A DNA stretch of 64,000 nt, taken from the NCBI GenBank assembly GCA_963764625.1, contig CAVXTH010000007.1, positions 96,001 through 160,000 of the forward strand, read 5' to 3'. The notes below the pieces were generated by a model. That model did not search any database, was not told where the DNA came from, and saw only the letters and a program-made list of their open reading frames with translations. This DNA comes from Candidatus Krumholzibacteriota bacterium (GTDB lineage Bacteria; Krumholzibacteriota; Krumholzibacteriia; JAJRXK01). The position numbers were made by a program, and so were the translations under genes. Positions 32,844-43,134 of the stretch are shown here, one piece after another (position 1 is the stretch's first letter; the number at the start of each line of letters is the position of its first letter).

Positions 32844-35435
32844 CTACCTCCCAACCTTGTCCTCTACGGACTTTCCGGGTTGCGGGTTGCTCATTTCTGG
32901 ACTCTCCGCGGTAGCGCGGAGCACGACCACCGTCAGGTCATCCCCGGCGTTCAGCTCGGCAGCCCCCTGTTTCCCCCCGATATGGGCGAAAACCGCGCTC
33001 TTGATCTCCTCGGCCAGGGTCCGGGCCCCGCTCCCCGGGTGCCGGCAGACCACCTCCAGCAGACCGTTCTCGCCGAATTGGTTCTCCACCTTGTCCTCGG
33101 CCTCGGTCACTCCGTCGGTATAGAGCACCAGGGTATCGCCCGTGTTCAGCTCGACCTCGGTCTCGGGATACTCCATGCCGGCGAAGGCTCCCAGCGGAGT
33201 GGCCCCGTCCTCCAACCACACGCAGGTGCCGTCCGTGCGTCGCAACAGCGGAGGGTTGTGACCCGCGCTCGAATACAACAAACGCCGCCGGTCCGGTTCG
33301 AGCGCCGCGAAAAAGAGTGTCGCGAAGCGGTCACTGTCGGTGCTCTCGAAGAGCGAGGTGTTGACCGCCTTCAGAATGGCCGCAGGGCTGTTGTGCATGG
33401 AGGCGAGAGCGCGGAGCGAAGCTTGCAGATTACTCGCTAGGAGCGAGGCTCCCATTCCTTTCCCCGAGACGTCGCTGATCACCAGGCTCATGCGCCCGTC
33501 GAGCAAGGAGACGAAGTCGTAGTAGTCGCCGCTGATTTGGCGCGAAGGTAGATTGATGGCCGCGATGTCGTAGCCGGCGATCGCAGGCACTCGCGAAGGC
33601 AGCAACCTCTGCTGGATGGAACGCGCCAGCGCCAACTCCTCTTCGAGCTGGCGTCGAGAAATCGCCTCATCGTAGAGACGCGTGTTTTCCAGCTGAACCC
33701 CCATTTGTCCCGCCACGATGGTCAGGAGTTCGAGCTCGGAGCTGTCGTAACTCTCTTCGCTGCGTTTCTCTCCCAAACACAACGCGGCCACCAGACGATC
33801 GCCGGCCAACGCCGGCACCACCACTACGTATCTGCTCTCGGTGAGAGTGCGAAGCTCGTTCTCGAGGTAAACTCGATGTGCCGTGGCGCCATCAGCGTCA
33901 TCGGGCCGCAATGGCGTGCTCATGAGTTGGGACTCGAGCACATCCAGCATCAAGGCCGAACGCCGTCCGGCCAGATAGCCGGAAAATTCCTTCAGCTCGC
34001 TCTCGCCATCCGAATCGGGAAGCTGGAGCGCCTCGTTCTCGGCAAGCAGGATCGTGAAGATCTCTGGATGAAAGAGCGTGGTAATACGGTTCTCCACCAA
34101 GTCCATCAGCGCGCTGCGCTCGATGGTTCGAGGCACGGCCAGCGCCAACTCCTGCAGCGCGGCTTGCATGTCGTGCTTCTCCCGGAAGAAGCGCCGCTCG
34201 AGAAATGCCTGGATGCGATCGCGCGCCGGCGCAAACGCGGCGGCCACGATCAAGGTGGCGATGATCGCCACGATCTGGTTGGTCTGACCGGAGGCCTTGA
34301 GCAGGACGTTTCCCACCAGAATGATGATGAGAAAGTAAGCGCCGACCAAAAGGCCGGTGAGGATGGCGTAGATCAGCGAACGCCGGATGATCACTTCGAC
34401 GTCCATCAGGCGGTAGCGTGCGATGGAGTAGCCGAAGGAGACGGGGATCAACACCAGGGGGACTGCGCCAAAGAGCGCGAAGTCACTGCGTCCGGTCCAG
34501 ACTTCGAAGATCATGGTGAAGACCAGGTAGGGCAAAACCCCCAGGACGGTGCCTAGGGTGAGGATCTTCACTTTCTGTCTCATCTTGACGTCGGTGCTGC
34601 GCAGATACGTGGTGATGAGACTCCCGAGTCCGATGGTGAAGTAGAGGCCCAGGATCATCTGCTGCGAGCTGGTGATCTGGGCCGGGCGCGAGCCGAAGAA
34701 CTGACTGTGGGTGAAGCTGCCGTAGTAGAGCAGGGGAAGCACGTAGATCAGTGGCACCATCCACCGGTGGCGGTTCAACACTTCACGATGTTGCGGGAAG
34801 ATGAGGAAGAAATGCAGGAAGAGAGGCGGCACCAAGAGCGAGGACAGCGCCGCCATGTTCCGCGAAAACACCTGACTCCAGTAGTATTCCACCGAGCGAC
34901 CGCTCGAGGAGAAGAAGTAGAGCAGGAAGACCACGCCGAGCAGGAAGAAAACCCTCGATGGGTTCTGCCACGGGTTCTTCCAGAAGACCAACAGGCCCAC
35001 CAGGAAGTAGACGAGCCCCAGCCCGCAGTAGATGAGATAGGTCGTGACGTCGGTGGTGCGTGTGCTTCCCAGACGTACCTGTACCTCGAAGATGTCCCCG
35101 TCGCGGTTCACCATGTAGGGGATCACTTCGCCCACGCGACGATCCCGCAAAAGAACCGCGGCCTGCCGGGGGGAGAGAATCGGCTTGCGGTCGATTCCCT
35201 CGATCACGTCTCCCACTTCAATGGGAAAGAGTTGGTCATCGCGGGTGGCGAGCTGCGCCGGGCCGGCCGGTAGGAGTCCCACGATGCGAATTTCGTCTTG
35301 CCCGAGTTTCCACTCGGCGCCGTCGGTGGGTTTGCGTTGCAGAGCGTCGAATGCACAGAAGCCCGCGGCCATGAGGGCCAAAAGTCCCACGAAGAGGTAG
35401 ACCAAGGGCGGATGTTGGGCCGTCGTATTGGGCAT
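32844..35435 (-). CDS. Membrane sensor: PDZ + multi-TM + GAF + PP2C/SpoIIE phosphatase
   Basis: PDZ-like GDVI region, about 7-8 TMs, GEKRSEESY GAF, GDYYD, DVSGKG, AGHNPP, YTDGVTE, DDLT. Confidence 0.9.
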   Translation of the reverse strand: MPNTTAQHPPLVYLFVGLLALMAAGFCAFDALQRKPTDGAEWKLGQDEIRIVGLLPAGPAQLATRDDQLFPIEVGDVIEGIDRKPILSPRQAAVLLRDRRVGEVIPYMVNRDGDIFEVQVRLGSTRTTDVTTYLIYCGLGLVYFLVGLLVFWKNPWQNPSRVFFLLGVVFLLYFFSSSGRSVEYYWSQVFSRNMAALSSLLVPPLFLHFFLIFPQHREVLNRHRWMVPLIYVLPLLYYGSFTHSQFFGSRPAQITSSQQMILGLYFTIGLGSLITTYLRSTDVKMRQKVKILTLGTVLGVLPYLVFTMIFEVWTGRSDFALFGAVPLVLIPVSFGYSIARYRLMDVEVIIRRSLIYAILTGLLVGAYFLIIILVGNVLLKASGQTNQIVAIIATLIVAAAFAPARDRIQAFLERRFFREKHDMQAALQELALAVPRTIERSALMDLVENRITTLFHPEIFTILLAENEALQLPDSDGESELKEFSGYLAGRRSALMLDVLESQLMSTPLRPDDADGATAHRVYLENELRTLTESRYVVVVPALAGDRLVAALCLGEKRSEESYDSSELELLTIVAGQMGVQLENTRLYDEAISRRQLEEELALARSIQQRLLPSRVPAIAGYDIAAINLPSRQISGDYYDFVSLLDGRMSLVISDVSGKGMGASLLASNLQASLRALASMHNSPAAILKAVNTSLFESTDSDRFATLFFAALEPDRRRLLYSSAGHNPPLLRRTDGTCVWLEDGATPLGAFAGMEYPETEVELNTGDTLVLYTDGVTEAEDKVENQFGENGLLEVVCRHPGSGARTLAEEIKSAVFAHIGGKQGAAELNAGDDLTVVVLRATAESPEMSNPQPGKSVEDKVGR

Positions 35436-35627
35436 GATTGACGCTTGGTGGTTTTCTGGAACTCAGACTCGAGGTGGCTGCCGGCCTTCGAATTGTACCC
35501 TCTTGCCGAGCTTCTCTCACCCTGATAATTGGACGCACGAGGGGCGCCTCAGGTTGCCGCCCGCACTTTACTCCCCTAGAATCGGCGAATTCCGCTTACC
35601 CAAGTGTAACCCGAGAGGACCGCTTCC

Positions 35628-36470
35628 ATGGATAGTGCTCTTTCGCCGCGCTCGCTCCGACGCTTCATCACCAATGTACTGTGGGAGGTCGCCGAGAGCA
35701 TCGTCAGTCGATTTGGGCACACCGGACCGCTCACCTTCAAGTACGGTCGGGAGGCCATCACCGAGGTAGACCGTCAGGTTGAGGACAAGATCGCACAGGC
35801 GATCCTGGCCCGCTTCCCCGGGCACCGATTCGTGGGAGAAGAGGCGGGAGAGCGCGGAGTGGAGGGTGCGGAGTGGACCTGGCAGGTCGATCCCATCGAC
35901 GGGACCCTCAACTATTCGGTGGGAATTCCGGTGTTCTCCAGCTCGGTGGCCGTCCTCCACCGGGGTGTCCTGCAGGCCGGCGGAGTGCTCGATCCTCTGC
36001 GGCGCGAGATGTTCAGCGCCGCGCGGGGGGAAGGGGCCTTCGTGAGCCGGAAGGACGACGCGGGTGAAGAGGGGGAAGAGCTTTCGTTGAAGGTGAGCGA
36101 TCGCGAGCGCTTTTCCGAGGCGGTCGTAAGCACCCAGTTCGGTCGTTACTCGGTCTTCGTGGAGCATCCCGAGCTTCTGCAGCAGATGCTGCGCCACCCG
36201 CTCAAGACGCGGCGCCTGGGCAGCATCGCGATCGAATTGGCCTGGTTGGCGGCGGGGAGGATCGATCTGCTTCTGGCCGGCAAGCGCTCTCCGATCAACT
36301 TCTACGACATCGCGGCCGGCGCCATTCTGGTCGAGGAAGCGGGAGGACGCATCACCGACGGCCGGGGAAAGCCCCTCAGCGACGACTGTCGGGAGATCAT
36401 CGCCTCCAACACCCGCCTCCACGATGAGCTGGTCGAGATCCTCAATCCCTGGCTGGAAACGCAGGGCTGA
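35628..36470 (+). CDS. Inositol monophosphatase family protein (SuhB-like)
   Basis: TEVD, GEE, VDPIDGTLNY, DIAAG...EAGG. Confidence 0.9.
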   Translation: MDSALSPRSLRRFITNVLWEVAESIVSRFGHTGPLTFKYGREAITEVDRQVEDKIAQAILARFPGHRFVGEEAGERGVEGAEWTWQVDPIDGTLNYSVGIPVFSSSVAVLHRGVLQAGGVLDPLRREMFSAARGEGAFVSRKDDAGEEGEELSLKVSDRERFSEAVVSTQFGRYSVFVEHPELLQQMLRHPLKTRRLGSIAIELAWLAAGRIDLLLAGKRSPINFYDIAAGAILVEEAGGRITDGRGKPLSDDCREIIASNTRLHDELVEILNPWLETQG

Positions 36471-36966
36471 GACGCCAGCGCTCGAACCATTCCCGTAGCC
36501 CGGATTCGCGCCCAGTGCTGCGAAAGACCCGCGCTTCTTCGCTCGCGCAGAGTTCTTCCCATTGGTGCGCGAGTTTTCTGCGCAGGTAGAGAACTGCCCG
36601 CGCGAGCTTGGGATGCTCAGGGCGCAGGCAGCGGTAGATCGCGTGGTGGAAGAGGAAAGGGAGCTCCGAGGGTTCGCTTTCCACCGAGAATCGGAAGAGA
36701 GCCCACAGAATCGCCCGGCCCAAAGGGTGATCCGCATCCTCCAGAAAGCCCCAGGTGTGTCCCTGCAGGGTATAGGAGAGCCCGCCGCTTCCGCGTAGAT
36801 AGGGGGATTCGCCCAGCTCTTCGCCGAGTTCCCGCATGAGTCGCGCGCTCAGCTCCCGTGAGGCCGCGCGAACCGTCTCCTTGCCACAGGAGGGACAGCG
36901 CGCGGCGGAGGTGGCCAGTGGCTGGGAGCACTTGCAACAGAGGGAAACCGAGGGGTTCTGCTTCAA
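36442..36966 (-). CDS. Hypothetical protein with N-terminal zinc ribbon
   Basis: CKC-x10-CPSC. Fills the gap between flanking genes. TTG start. Confidence 0.55.
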   Translation of the reverse strand: MKQNPSVSLCCKCSQPLATSAARCPSCGKETVRAASRELSARLMRELGEELGESPYLRGSGGLSYTLQGHTWGFLEDADHPLGRAILWALFRFSVESEPSELPFLFHHAIYRCLRPEHPKLARAVLYLRRKLAHQWEELCASEEARVFRSTGRESGLREWFERWRLSPAFPARD

Positions 36967-37079
36967 GTCGATCCGACTCGCTTTCTCCCCGCGCTTGATC
37001 GAACCGGAGTTTCGCCCGTACCTTTGAATGCGCGGAGAATGCCACCCGCCGATTCTGCGCGGCCTTGAGGACTGCCATC

Positions 37080-37703
37080 ATGCCCGTATACCGTAGCACA
37101 CGAGTTCGCACGCCGGCCATCGGTGCCTGGAGTGTGGTCGTCGGCTTCTGCCTGCTCGCTCTGCTGGCATCTCCGGCGCGCGCGGAGCAGATTCGCACCT
37201 CGCAGAGCCCTTGGGTCGGCTGGGTCGGGCCCTGGGCCGATGGGATCATGGGGTTTCGCTTTGGGATGGATCCCGCGTCCGTGCGGCAGGTGGCTTCGGG
37301 GAAGAAGTTGCAGGCCACCGGAGCGCGGTCGGGCACGCTGCACTACCTGGGGAAACTCGCGGGTCGCGACGGCGATCTCGTGCTGGAATTCGCGGTTCCC
37401 AAACAGGGGCCCCAGCGGGGACTGCTCGGCCGCATCCTGATCAGCTGGGACGAGATGAGAGGCATCAGCACTCACGCGATCCAGCTCTTCGATCTCCTGG
37501 ACAAGCTGCTGGCCAAGCGCTACGGGTCGCCGATCTTTCACCGCGATCCGTCCATTTCCGAGATCAACTCTGGCTACAAGCAGAAAGTCCATATCTACCA
37601 GGGGGAAGAGATGTACGCGCGTCTCATGCTCCTGGCCGCCAGCAAGGACATCTTGCGCGTCAGCCTCATCCTGACCTCGCCGCAACTGCATCCCGACTTC
37701 TAA
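37080..37703 (+). CDS. Hypothetical secreted protein
   Basis: Signal peptide ending ARA, GFRFGM motif, GAGG SD. Confidence 0.65.
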   Translation: MPVYRSTRVRTPAIGAWSVVVGFCLLALLASPARAEQIRTSQSPWVGWVGPWADGIMGFRFGMDPASVRQVASGKKLQATGARSGTLHYLGKLAGRDGDLVLEFAVPKQGPQRGLLGRILISWDEMRGISTHAIQLFDLLDKLLAKRYGSPIFHRDPSISEINSGYKQKVHIYQGEEMYARLMLLAASKDILRVSLILTSPQLHPDF

Positions 37704-37843
37704 GAGTTGCGCCGCAATCACACTCAGGTTTCCTGCGACTTCCCCGCCATTGTCTCCCCATTTGGATTTTTCCGCTGACGAGGCTCTGGTCATTTTCCCC
37801 GTGATGTTCTAGGATGCCGCCTCCAATCGAGGGGGAGAGCACC

Positions 37844-38770
37844 ATGGCAGGAGCGAAAGCACAGCGGAAGAAAAGCAGCGGAACGGGCCAAGGCCAGAGC
37901 TCGTCGAAGGGCCGTGCCAAAGGCAAAGGCGGCTCTAAGAGCGGACGCCGCAAGGCAAACCGAACCAAGGGCGGGCCCCGTTTGGCGGAGATGGCGGACA
38001 AGCACGTTCTGTACGAACTGGCGGTGCAGGATCCCGTGCAGGACGTCGCCTTCCTCCTGAAAGCGTACGAGAGCGTCCGCGGCCGCCGTCCGCGCCGTCT
38101 GCGCGAGGACTTTTGCGGCACCGCCGCTGTCTGTGCGCAATGGGTGGGTCAGGGTGAGGACTTTTCCGCCGAGGGCTTCGACCTCGACGGCGACACACTG
38201 CAGTGGGGACGGCAGCGGCATCTTGACCCCCTCGGGGATGCGGCGCAGCGCGTGCAGTTGCACTGCAAAGACGTACGGGAGGCGGGTCTTGCGAAACCGG
38301 ACGTCACCTGCGCCCACAATTTTTCCTACCAGGTTTTTCACACCCGTCCCGCGATGCTGCAGTACTTCAAGTTCGTGCTCGACTCGTTGGCCGAGGAGGG
38401 CGTGTTCGTTCTCGATTTGTACGGCGGTTGGGAATCCACCGAGGAACTCGAGGAGGAGCGCTACATCGAGGGCAGCGACGCGATCTACGTGTGGGACCAG
38501 ATCCGATATTCGCCGGTCACCGGCCGGCAGGACTGCGCCATTCACTTCCGTTTCAAAGACGGCAGCGAGCTGCGCAACGCGTTCCACTACGAGTGGCGTT
38601 ACTGGACGATGTCCGAGCTGAAGGACATTCTCCAAGAGGTGGGATTCGCAAGGATCGACTCCTGGTTCGAAGTGATGGATGACGAAGGCGACGGGACGGG
38701 AGTCTTCGAACCTTCCGACGAAGGCCTGAACTGCGAGAGCTGGCTGGGCTACCTCGTGGCCTACAAGTGA
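37844..38770 (+). CDS. Class I SAM-dependent methyltransferase
   Basis: LREDFCGTA motif I variant, DLD, HNFS, GVFVLDLYGG. Basic N-terminal tail. Confidence 0.85.
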   Translation: MAGAKAQRKKSSGTGQGQSSSKGRAKGKGGSKSGRRKANRTKGGPRLAEMADKHVLYELAVQDPVQDVAFLLKAYESVRGRRPRRLREDFCGTAAVCAQWVGQGEDFSAEGFDLDGDTLQWGRQRHLDPLGDAAQRVQLHCKDVREAGLAKPDVTCAHNFSYQVFHTRPAMLQYFKFVLDSLAEEGVFVLDLYGGWESTEELEEERYIEGSDAIYVWDQIRYSPVTGRQDCAIHFRFKDGSELRNAFHYEWRYWTMSELKDILQEVGFARIDSWFEVMDDEGDGTGVFEPSDEGLNCESWLGYLVAYK

Positions 38771-38906
38771 GGCGAGGGCGGACGGATGCGGCCCGAGCGA
38801 CAGTTTTCCCTTCGCCGAGCCGCGCTTTTGCCCTAAAGTTCTCCGGCGTGCGTTCGCCGCACCCCACCTTTCCGATCGAGTGATCGTTTCATCAGGAGTC
38901 ACCGCA

Positions 38907-40821
38907 ATGCAGAAATCGACCCGTCTGAGAAGCTTGCAGAGCCTGGTTCTCTTGCTGGTGCTCGTGCTCGCGGCCGGCATGGCCTGGGCCATCCCCAACA
39001 CCGACAAACGCGACCAGATCCCCGAGCAGTACAAGTGGAGAGTCAACGACATCTATCCAGACTTCGATGCCTGGGAGAAGGGCTACTCCGATCTCGAGGG
39101 GATGATCAACGACTTCAAAGCGTTCAAGGGCACGCTGGCCGACGGCCCGGATGCTCTGCTCAAGTGCTACCAGCTACAGGACCAGATGGGACAGGTCGCC
39201 TACAAGGTGTGGTCCTACGCCAGCCTGCAGCACGACCAGGATCTGCGCGACACCGGGATCGACAGCTACCGCCAGCGCGCGCAGACGCTGTTCGCCAACT
39301 GGACGCAAGCCACCTCGTGGTTCAATCCCGAATTGCTGAAAATTCCCCATGAGACGATGGAGAAGTGGTTGGAGGGGAAGCGAGGCGCTGTCCCTCTACC
39401 GCTTCGCGATCGAGGACCTCTACCGCCAACAGGCGCATGTACTCGACGAGCAGGGTGAATCGCTGCTCGCGTACAACTCGCAGTTCAACAGCAGTCCCTC
39501 AAACATCTACGCCATGCTCACCACGGCCGACGTGGAGTGGCCCAACGTCGTCTTGAGCAACGGGGACTCACTCAGCGTCACCGCCGGTCAGTACTACGCG
39601 CGCATGGAGAGCGAGCGGAAGCGCGCGGACCGCGAGATGATCTGGCGGGCGTTCCTGGAGACCTTCAACAAGGACATCAACACCTACACCGCCATTTACA
39701 GCGCACTCTGCCAGCGCGACTGGGGCCTGGCGCAGGCGCGCGGCTACGAGTCGACCCTGGACGCGGCTCTGGATGGCAACAACATCCCCACCTCGGTGGT
39801 GGAGAACCTGATCGATGTGGCCAAGAAGGGCGCGGGCCCTCTGCAGAGGTACTACGCGGTGCGCCGCAAGCTGCTCCACGAGGACAAAGTCGCCATCTAC
39901 GACGGCTACGTCTCGCTCGTGCCGAACGAAAAGAAATACCCTTATGAAGAAGCCAAGAAGATGGTGCTCTCCTCGGTGAAAGTGCTGGGCGACGACTACT
40001 ATCAGACGATGAAGAATGGCTTCGAGAACCGCTGGATCGACGTGTACGAGAACGCGGGCAAGCGCAGCGGAGCGTACAGCTCGGGCGTGTACGGGGTGCA
40101 TCCCTACATGCTGCTGAACTACACCGATGGGCTCAGCGACGTCTTCACCGTCGCCCACGAGTTCGGGCATACCATGCATTCGGTCTTGGCGAGCGAACAT
40201 CAGCCTTTCGTCTACAGCGACTACACCATCTTCGTGGCGGAAGTGGCGTCGACTCTCAACGAGGGCCTGCTGCTCGACTACTGGATGGCCCACACCAAGG
40301 ACCCGTACGAGCGCATCAATCTACTGCAGCACGCGATCGATCAGATCGCGCTGACCTTTTACCGACAGACCTGTTTTGCCGACTGGGAGCTGCAAGCGCA
40401 TCAAATGATCGAGGAAGGCAAGCCGGTTACCAGCGACAACTTGAGCCAGCTGTACCTCGATCTGCTACGGCAGTACTACGGATCCGACACCGACATCGAC
40501 GAGCTCTACGGAGCTACCTGGGCCCGGATCCCGCACTTCTTCCGCAGTCCGTACTACGTCTACCAGTACGCCACCTGCTTTGCATCCTCGGCTCAGCTGC
40601 TGAAGGACATTCGCAGCGAGGACCCGAAGGTGAGCAAGGCGGCGGTGAAGCGTCATTTGGCGCTTCTCTCCGCCGGTGGCAGCGACTACCCCATGAACGA
40701 GCTGAAGACGGCGGGGGTCGACCTCACTCAGCGCGAGACCTTTCAGGCGGTCATCGATCAGATGGACCACCTGGTCACGATGCTCGAAGCCGAGGTCGCC
40801 AAGTTACCCGAGAAGAAGTAG
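38907..40821 (+). CDS. pepF: Oligoendopeptidase F (M3B) with signal peptide; one frameshift near 39375
   Basis: KRSGAYS, HEFGH, AEVAS, WARIPHF, YVYQYA. Split into ORFs 38880-39458 and 39349-40821 at GGAGGGGAAG. Confidence 0.92.
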
Positions 40822-40851
40822 CGCGGGCTGCTTCGGAGGCGAAATCGTATC

Positions 40852-40881
40852 GCGCGCCGCTCGAATGGGCGGCGCGCTTTT
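40852..40881 (+). terminator. Rho-independent terminator after pepF
   Basis: GCGCGCCGCTC-GAAT-GGGCGGCGCGC followed by TTTT. Confidence 0.75.
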
Positions 40882-40911
40882 CGTTGGCCGAATCGAGTTC
40901 AGATGGGGAGC

Positions 40912-42321
40912 TCAGATCTCGCTCCTGCGTAGCTGGGCCAGCATCGATTCGGTGAGGCCCACCGGGAAGACCTCGCCCTCCTCGAGAGCGGGGGCGAAGC
41001 GCTCCAAGGCGTCGGCGACCTGGGCGAAGTCCTGGGGAACCGCAGCGCCCTCAGCTTCTCCGTCGGCGGCCGCGCTGCTGGTGAGGATCGTGTCGAGTTC
41101 CTTCAAGCTCTTCCCGTGGATCATGGCCTGCGCCGCGGCGGCGAGCAGCAAGTAGGGCTGCACCGACCCGTCCGCCAACCGGAACTCGATGGTGGGCGGC
41201 GTGACCGCGCTGCCGTCCTCGCTCACGGCCTGAATGGGAAGGCGAACGAGCGCGTGGCGGTTGAAGCGCCCCCAGGTGATGGACGAGGGGACTTCCCTGC
41301 CCTGACTCAGACGCAGGAACGAATCCTCGCTGCGGTTGCCGAAGGCCATGAGCGCGCCGCCCATGGTGACGAATCCACCGATGAGCCAGCGCGCTTCCTG
41401 GCTGAGATTTCCCGAATCGTCCATCCCCCCCAGATGCTTCTTGTCCTTGAAGGGGGAGAAGTGGAAGTGCATCCCGCTACCGGCGTGTCCCGCGCGCAGG
41501 ATGGGATCGAAAGAGCAGGGCATGCCGTGGAGGTGCGCCAGGTGGCGCAGGACCCACTGGGTGAGCACGACCCCCTCGGCGGCATCGGGCAGGGGCCGTA
41601 GCGCCAGTTCGATCTCGTGCTGCTCCCAGATGTGACCGTCGGTTTCACTCGCCTCGATGTAACCGACCTCACTATGGCCGTACTTCACGCTTACGCCGAT
41701 CTCGGTGAGAATGGCCAGCGCCTCACGACGCAGTCGCTCTCCGAAGACGAAGGGGGCGGTGGCGTGGTAGCCTCGATCGTGGGTGCCGTAAACGTCGCTC
41801 TCTTCGGCCCGTTTGCCCAGGAAGAACTCCACCTCTCCCAGCGCGAGAAGCTCCACTCCCGTCAGTTCGCGCACGCGATCGTACGCGCGCCGCACGATGG
41901 TGTCGGGAGACTGCGGCAAAGGACTTCCATCGCGACCCCTGTGCTGGCAGACGAAGGCCAGAGTGGGGTAGGGGCTGAAGGGATCGAAGAACGCGCTGTC
42001 GATCCTCGGGCGCAGCACGATGTCACTGGCATCCGCCTTGATTCCCGTATCCGGAAATAGAGAGGAACCGTCGGCGCGCTCGCCGGCAGCCAGGATCTCG
42101 CGGAGGTGCTCTTGGCTGCGCGGTGCGAAGTCGAGAGTCTTCAGGCAGCCATCGCTGCCGACGTGCATGAGTGCGATCGTGCGCACCCCGTTGTCCTGTA
42201 CCACGCGCACCATGTCATGGATGGTCCACTGACTGCTCGGTTTCCCCAGGAAACGGCGAACCCGACCGGCCGGGAGGGGGGTGCGGCCTTCGTCGATCCA
42301 GTGCCGGGGCGTCGAGTTCAT
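40912..42321 (-). CDS. Glutamine synthetase family protein
   Basis: DGSS, EVEF, HSEVG, QHEIE, GSGMHFH, RHALVR, IEFR. Confidence 0.88.
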   Translation of the reverse strand: MNSTPRHWIDEGRTPLPAGRVRRFLGKPSSQWTIHDMVRVVQDNGVRTIALMHVGSDGCLKTLDFAPRSQEHLREILAAGERADGSSLFPDTGIKADASDIVLRPRIDSAFFDPFSPYPTLAFVCQHRGRDGSPLPQSPDTIVRRAYDRVRELTGVELLALGEVEFFLGKRAEESDVYGTHDRGYHATAPFVFGERLRREALAILTEIGVSVKYGHSEVGYIEASETDGHIWEQHEIELALRPLPDAAEGVVLTQWVLRHLAHLHGMPCSFDPILRAGHAGSGMHFHFSPFKDKKHLGGMDDSGNLSQEARWLIGGFVTMGGALMAFGNRSEDSFLRLSQGREVPSSITWGRFNRHALVRLPIQAVSEDGSAVTPPTIEFRLADGSVQPYLLLAAAAQAMIHGKSLKELDTILTSSAAADGEAEGAAVPQDFAQVADALERFAPALEEGEVFPVGLTESMLAQLRRSEI

Positions 42322-42392
42322 GGCGAGGCCTCTCTGTGTCCAGTGGAATCGGCCCGAGATTCTCTTGTGGTGGAAAGCCTCAATGCCATTGA

Positions 42393-42479
42393 TGGTGCCC
42401 GGAGGGAGACTCGAACTCCCACGAGGTTGCCCCCACTACGACCTGAACGTAGCGCGTCTGCCAATTCCGCCATCCGGGC
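42393..42479 (-). tRNA. tRNA-Leu(CAG)
   Basis: GCCCGGA...TCCGGGC-ACCA acceptor stem, anticodon arm CTACG-TTCAGGT-CGTAG, long variable arm, TTCGAGT T-loop. Confidence 0.97.
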
Positions 42480-42521
42480 GCCCGTACAGCGCGAGGAGCT
42501 GGGCTCCTCGGCGGGGAACGG

Positions 42522-42550
42522 AGAATAGTCAGGGCAATCGCGGGTGTCAA
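42522..42550 (-). promoter_or_regulatory. Sigma70-type promoter of tRNA-Leu
   Basis: TTGACA-17 nt-TATTCT on the minus strand. Confidence 0.75.
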
Positions 42551-42625
42551 GAAAGGCCCCGATCCCGCCGTTGCCCCTTGGGGCGCGGTCTGTTAGCTTG
42601 ATTCTCCGCCGGGGGAGAGAACTTG

Positions 42626-43129
42626 ATGGCAGGCAAGAAGCGCTCGACCAAGGTCGAGGGCGATGTCAAATTCATTGCTCGCAACCGTAAGGCGCGCTTC
42701 AACTTCGAATTCCTCGAGCGATTCGAAGCCGGTCTGGTCCTGGTGGGCACGGAGGTAAAAAGCCTGCGCGCGGGTCAGTGCAATTTGGGAGACGCCTACG
42801 CTGAGATCCGCGGAGCAGAGCTTTGGCTGAAGAATCTGCACATCTCTCCCTATGAGCAGGCCAGCCGGATGAATCACGATCCTCTGCGGGCGAGGAAGCT
42901 CCTGATGCATCGCAAGGAGATCCGGCGCCTGCAGGGCAAAGTCGCCGAGAGAGGGCTCACCCTGGTTGCGGTGAGCCTCTACTTCAAGAAGGGCAAGGCC
43001 AAGTGCGAGCTCGCGCTCGCGCGGGGAAAGAAACTGCACGACAAGCGCGCCAGCGCGGCAGACAAGGACGCCGAGCGCAAGTTACGGAACGCCATGCGAG
43101 GCGGAATGCGCCGCCGCGATCAGGAGTAG
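42626..43129 (+). CDS. smpB: SsrA-binding protein
   Basis: NRKARF, GTEVKSLR, HISPY, RKLLMHRKEI, GKKLHDKR. Confidence 0.98.
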   Translation: MAGKKRSTKVEGDVKFIARNRKARFNFEFLERFEAGLVLVGTEVKSLRAGQCNLGDAYAEIRGAELWLKNLHISPYEQASRMNHDPLRARKLLMHRKEIRRLQGKVAERGLTLVAVSLYFKKGKAKCELALARGKKLHDKRASAADKDAERKLRNAMRGGMRRRDQE

Positions 43130-43134
43130 GGCGA

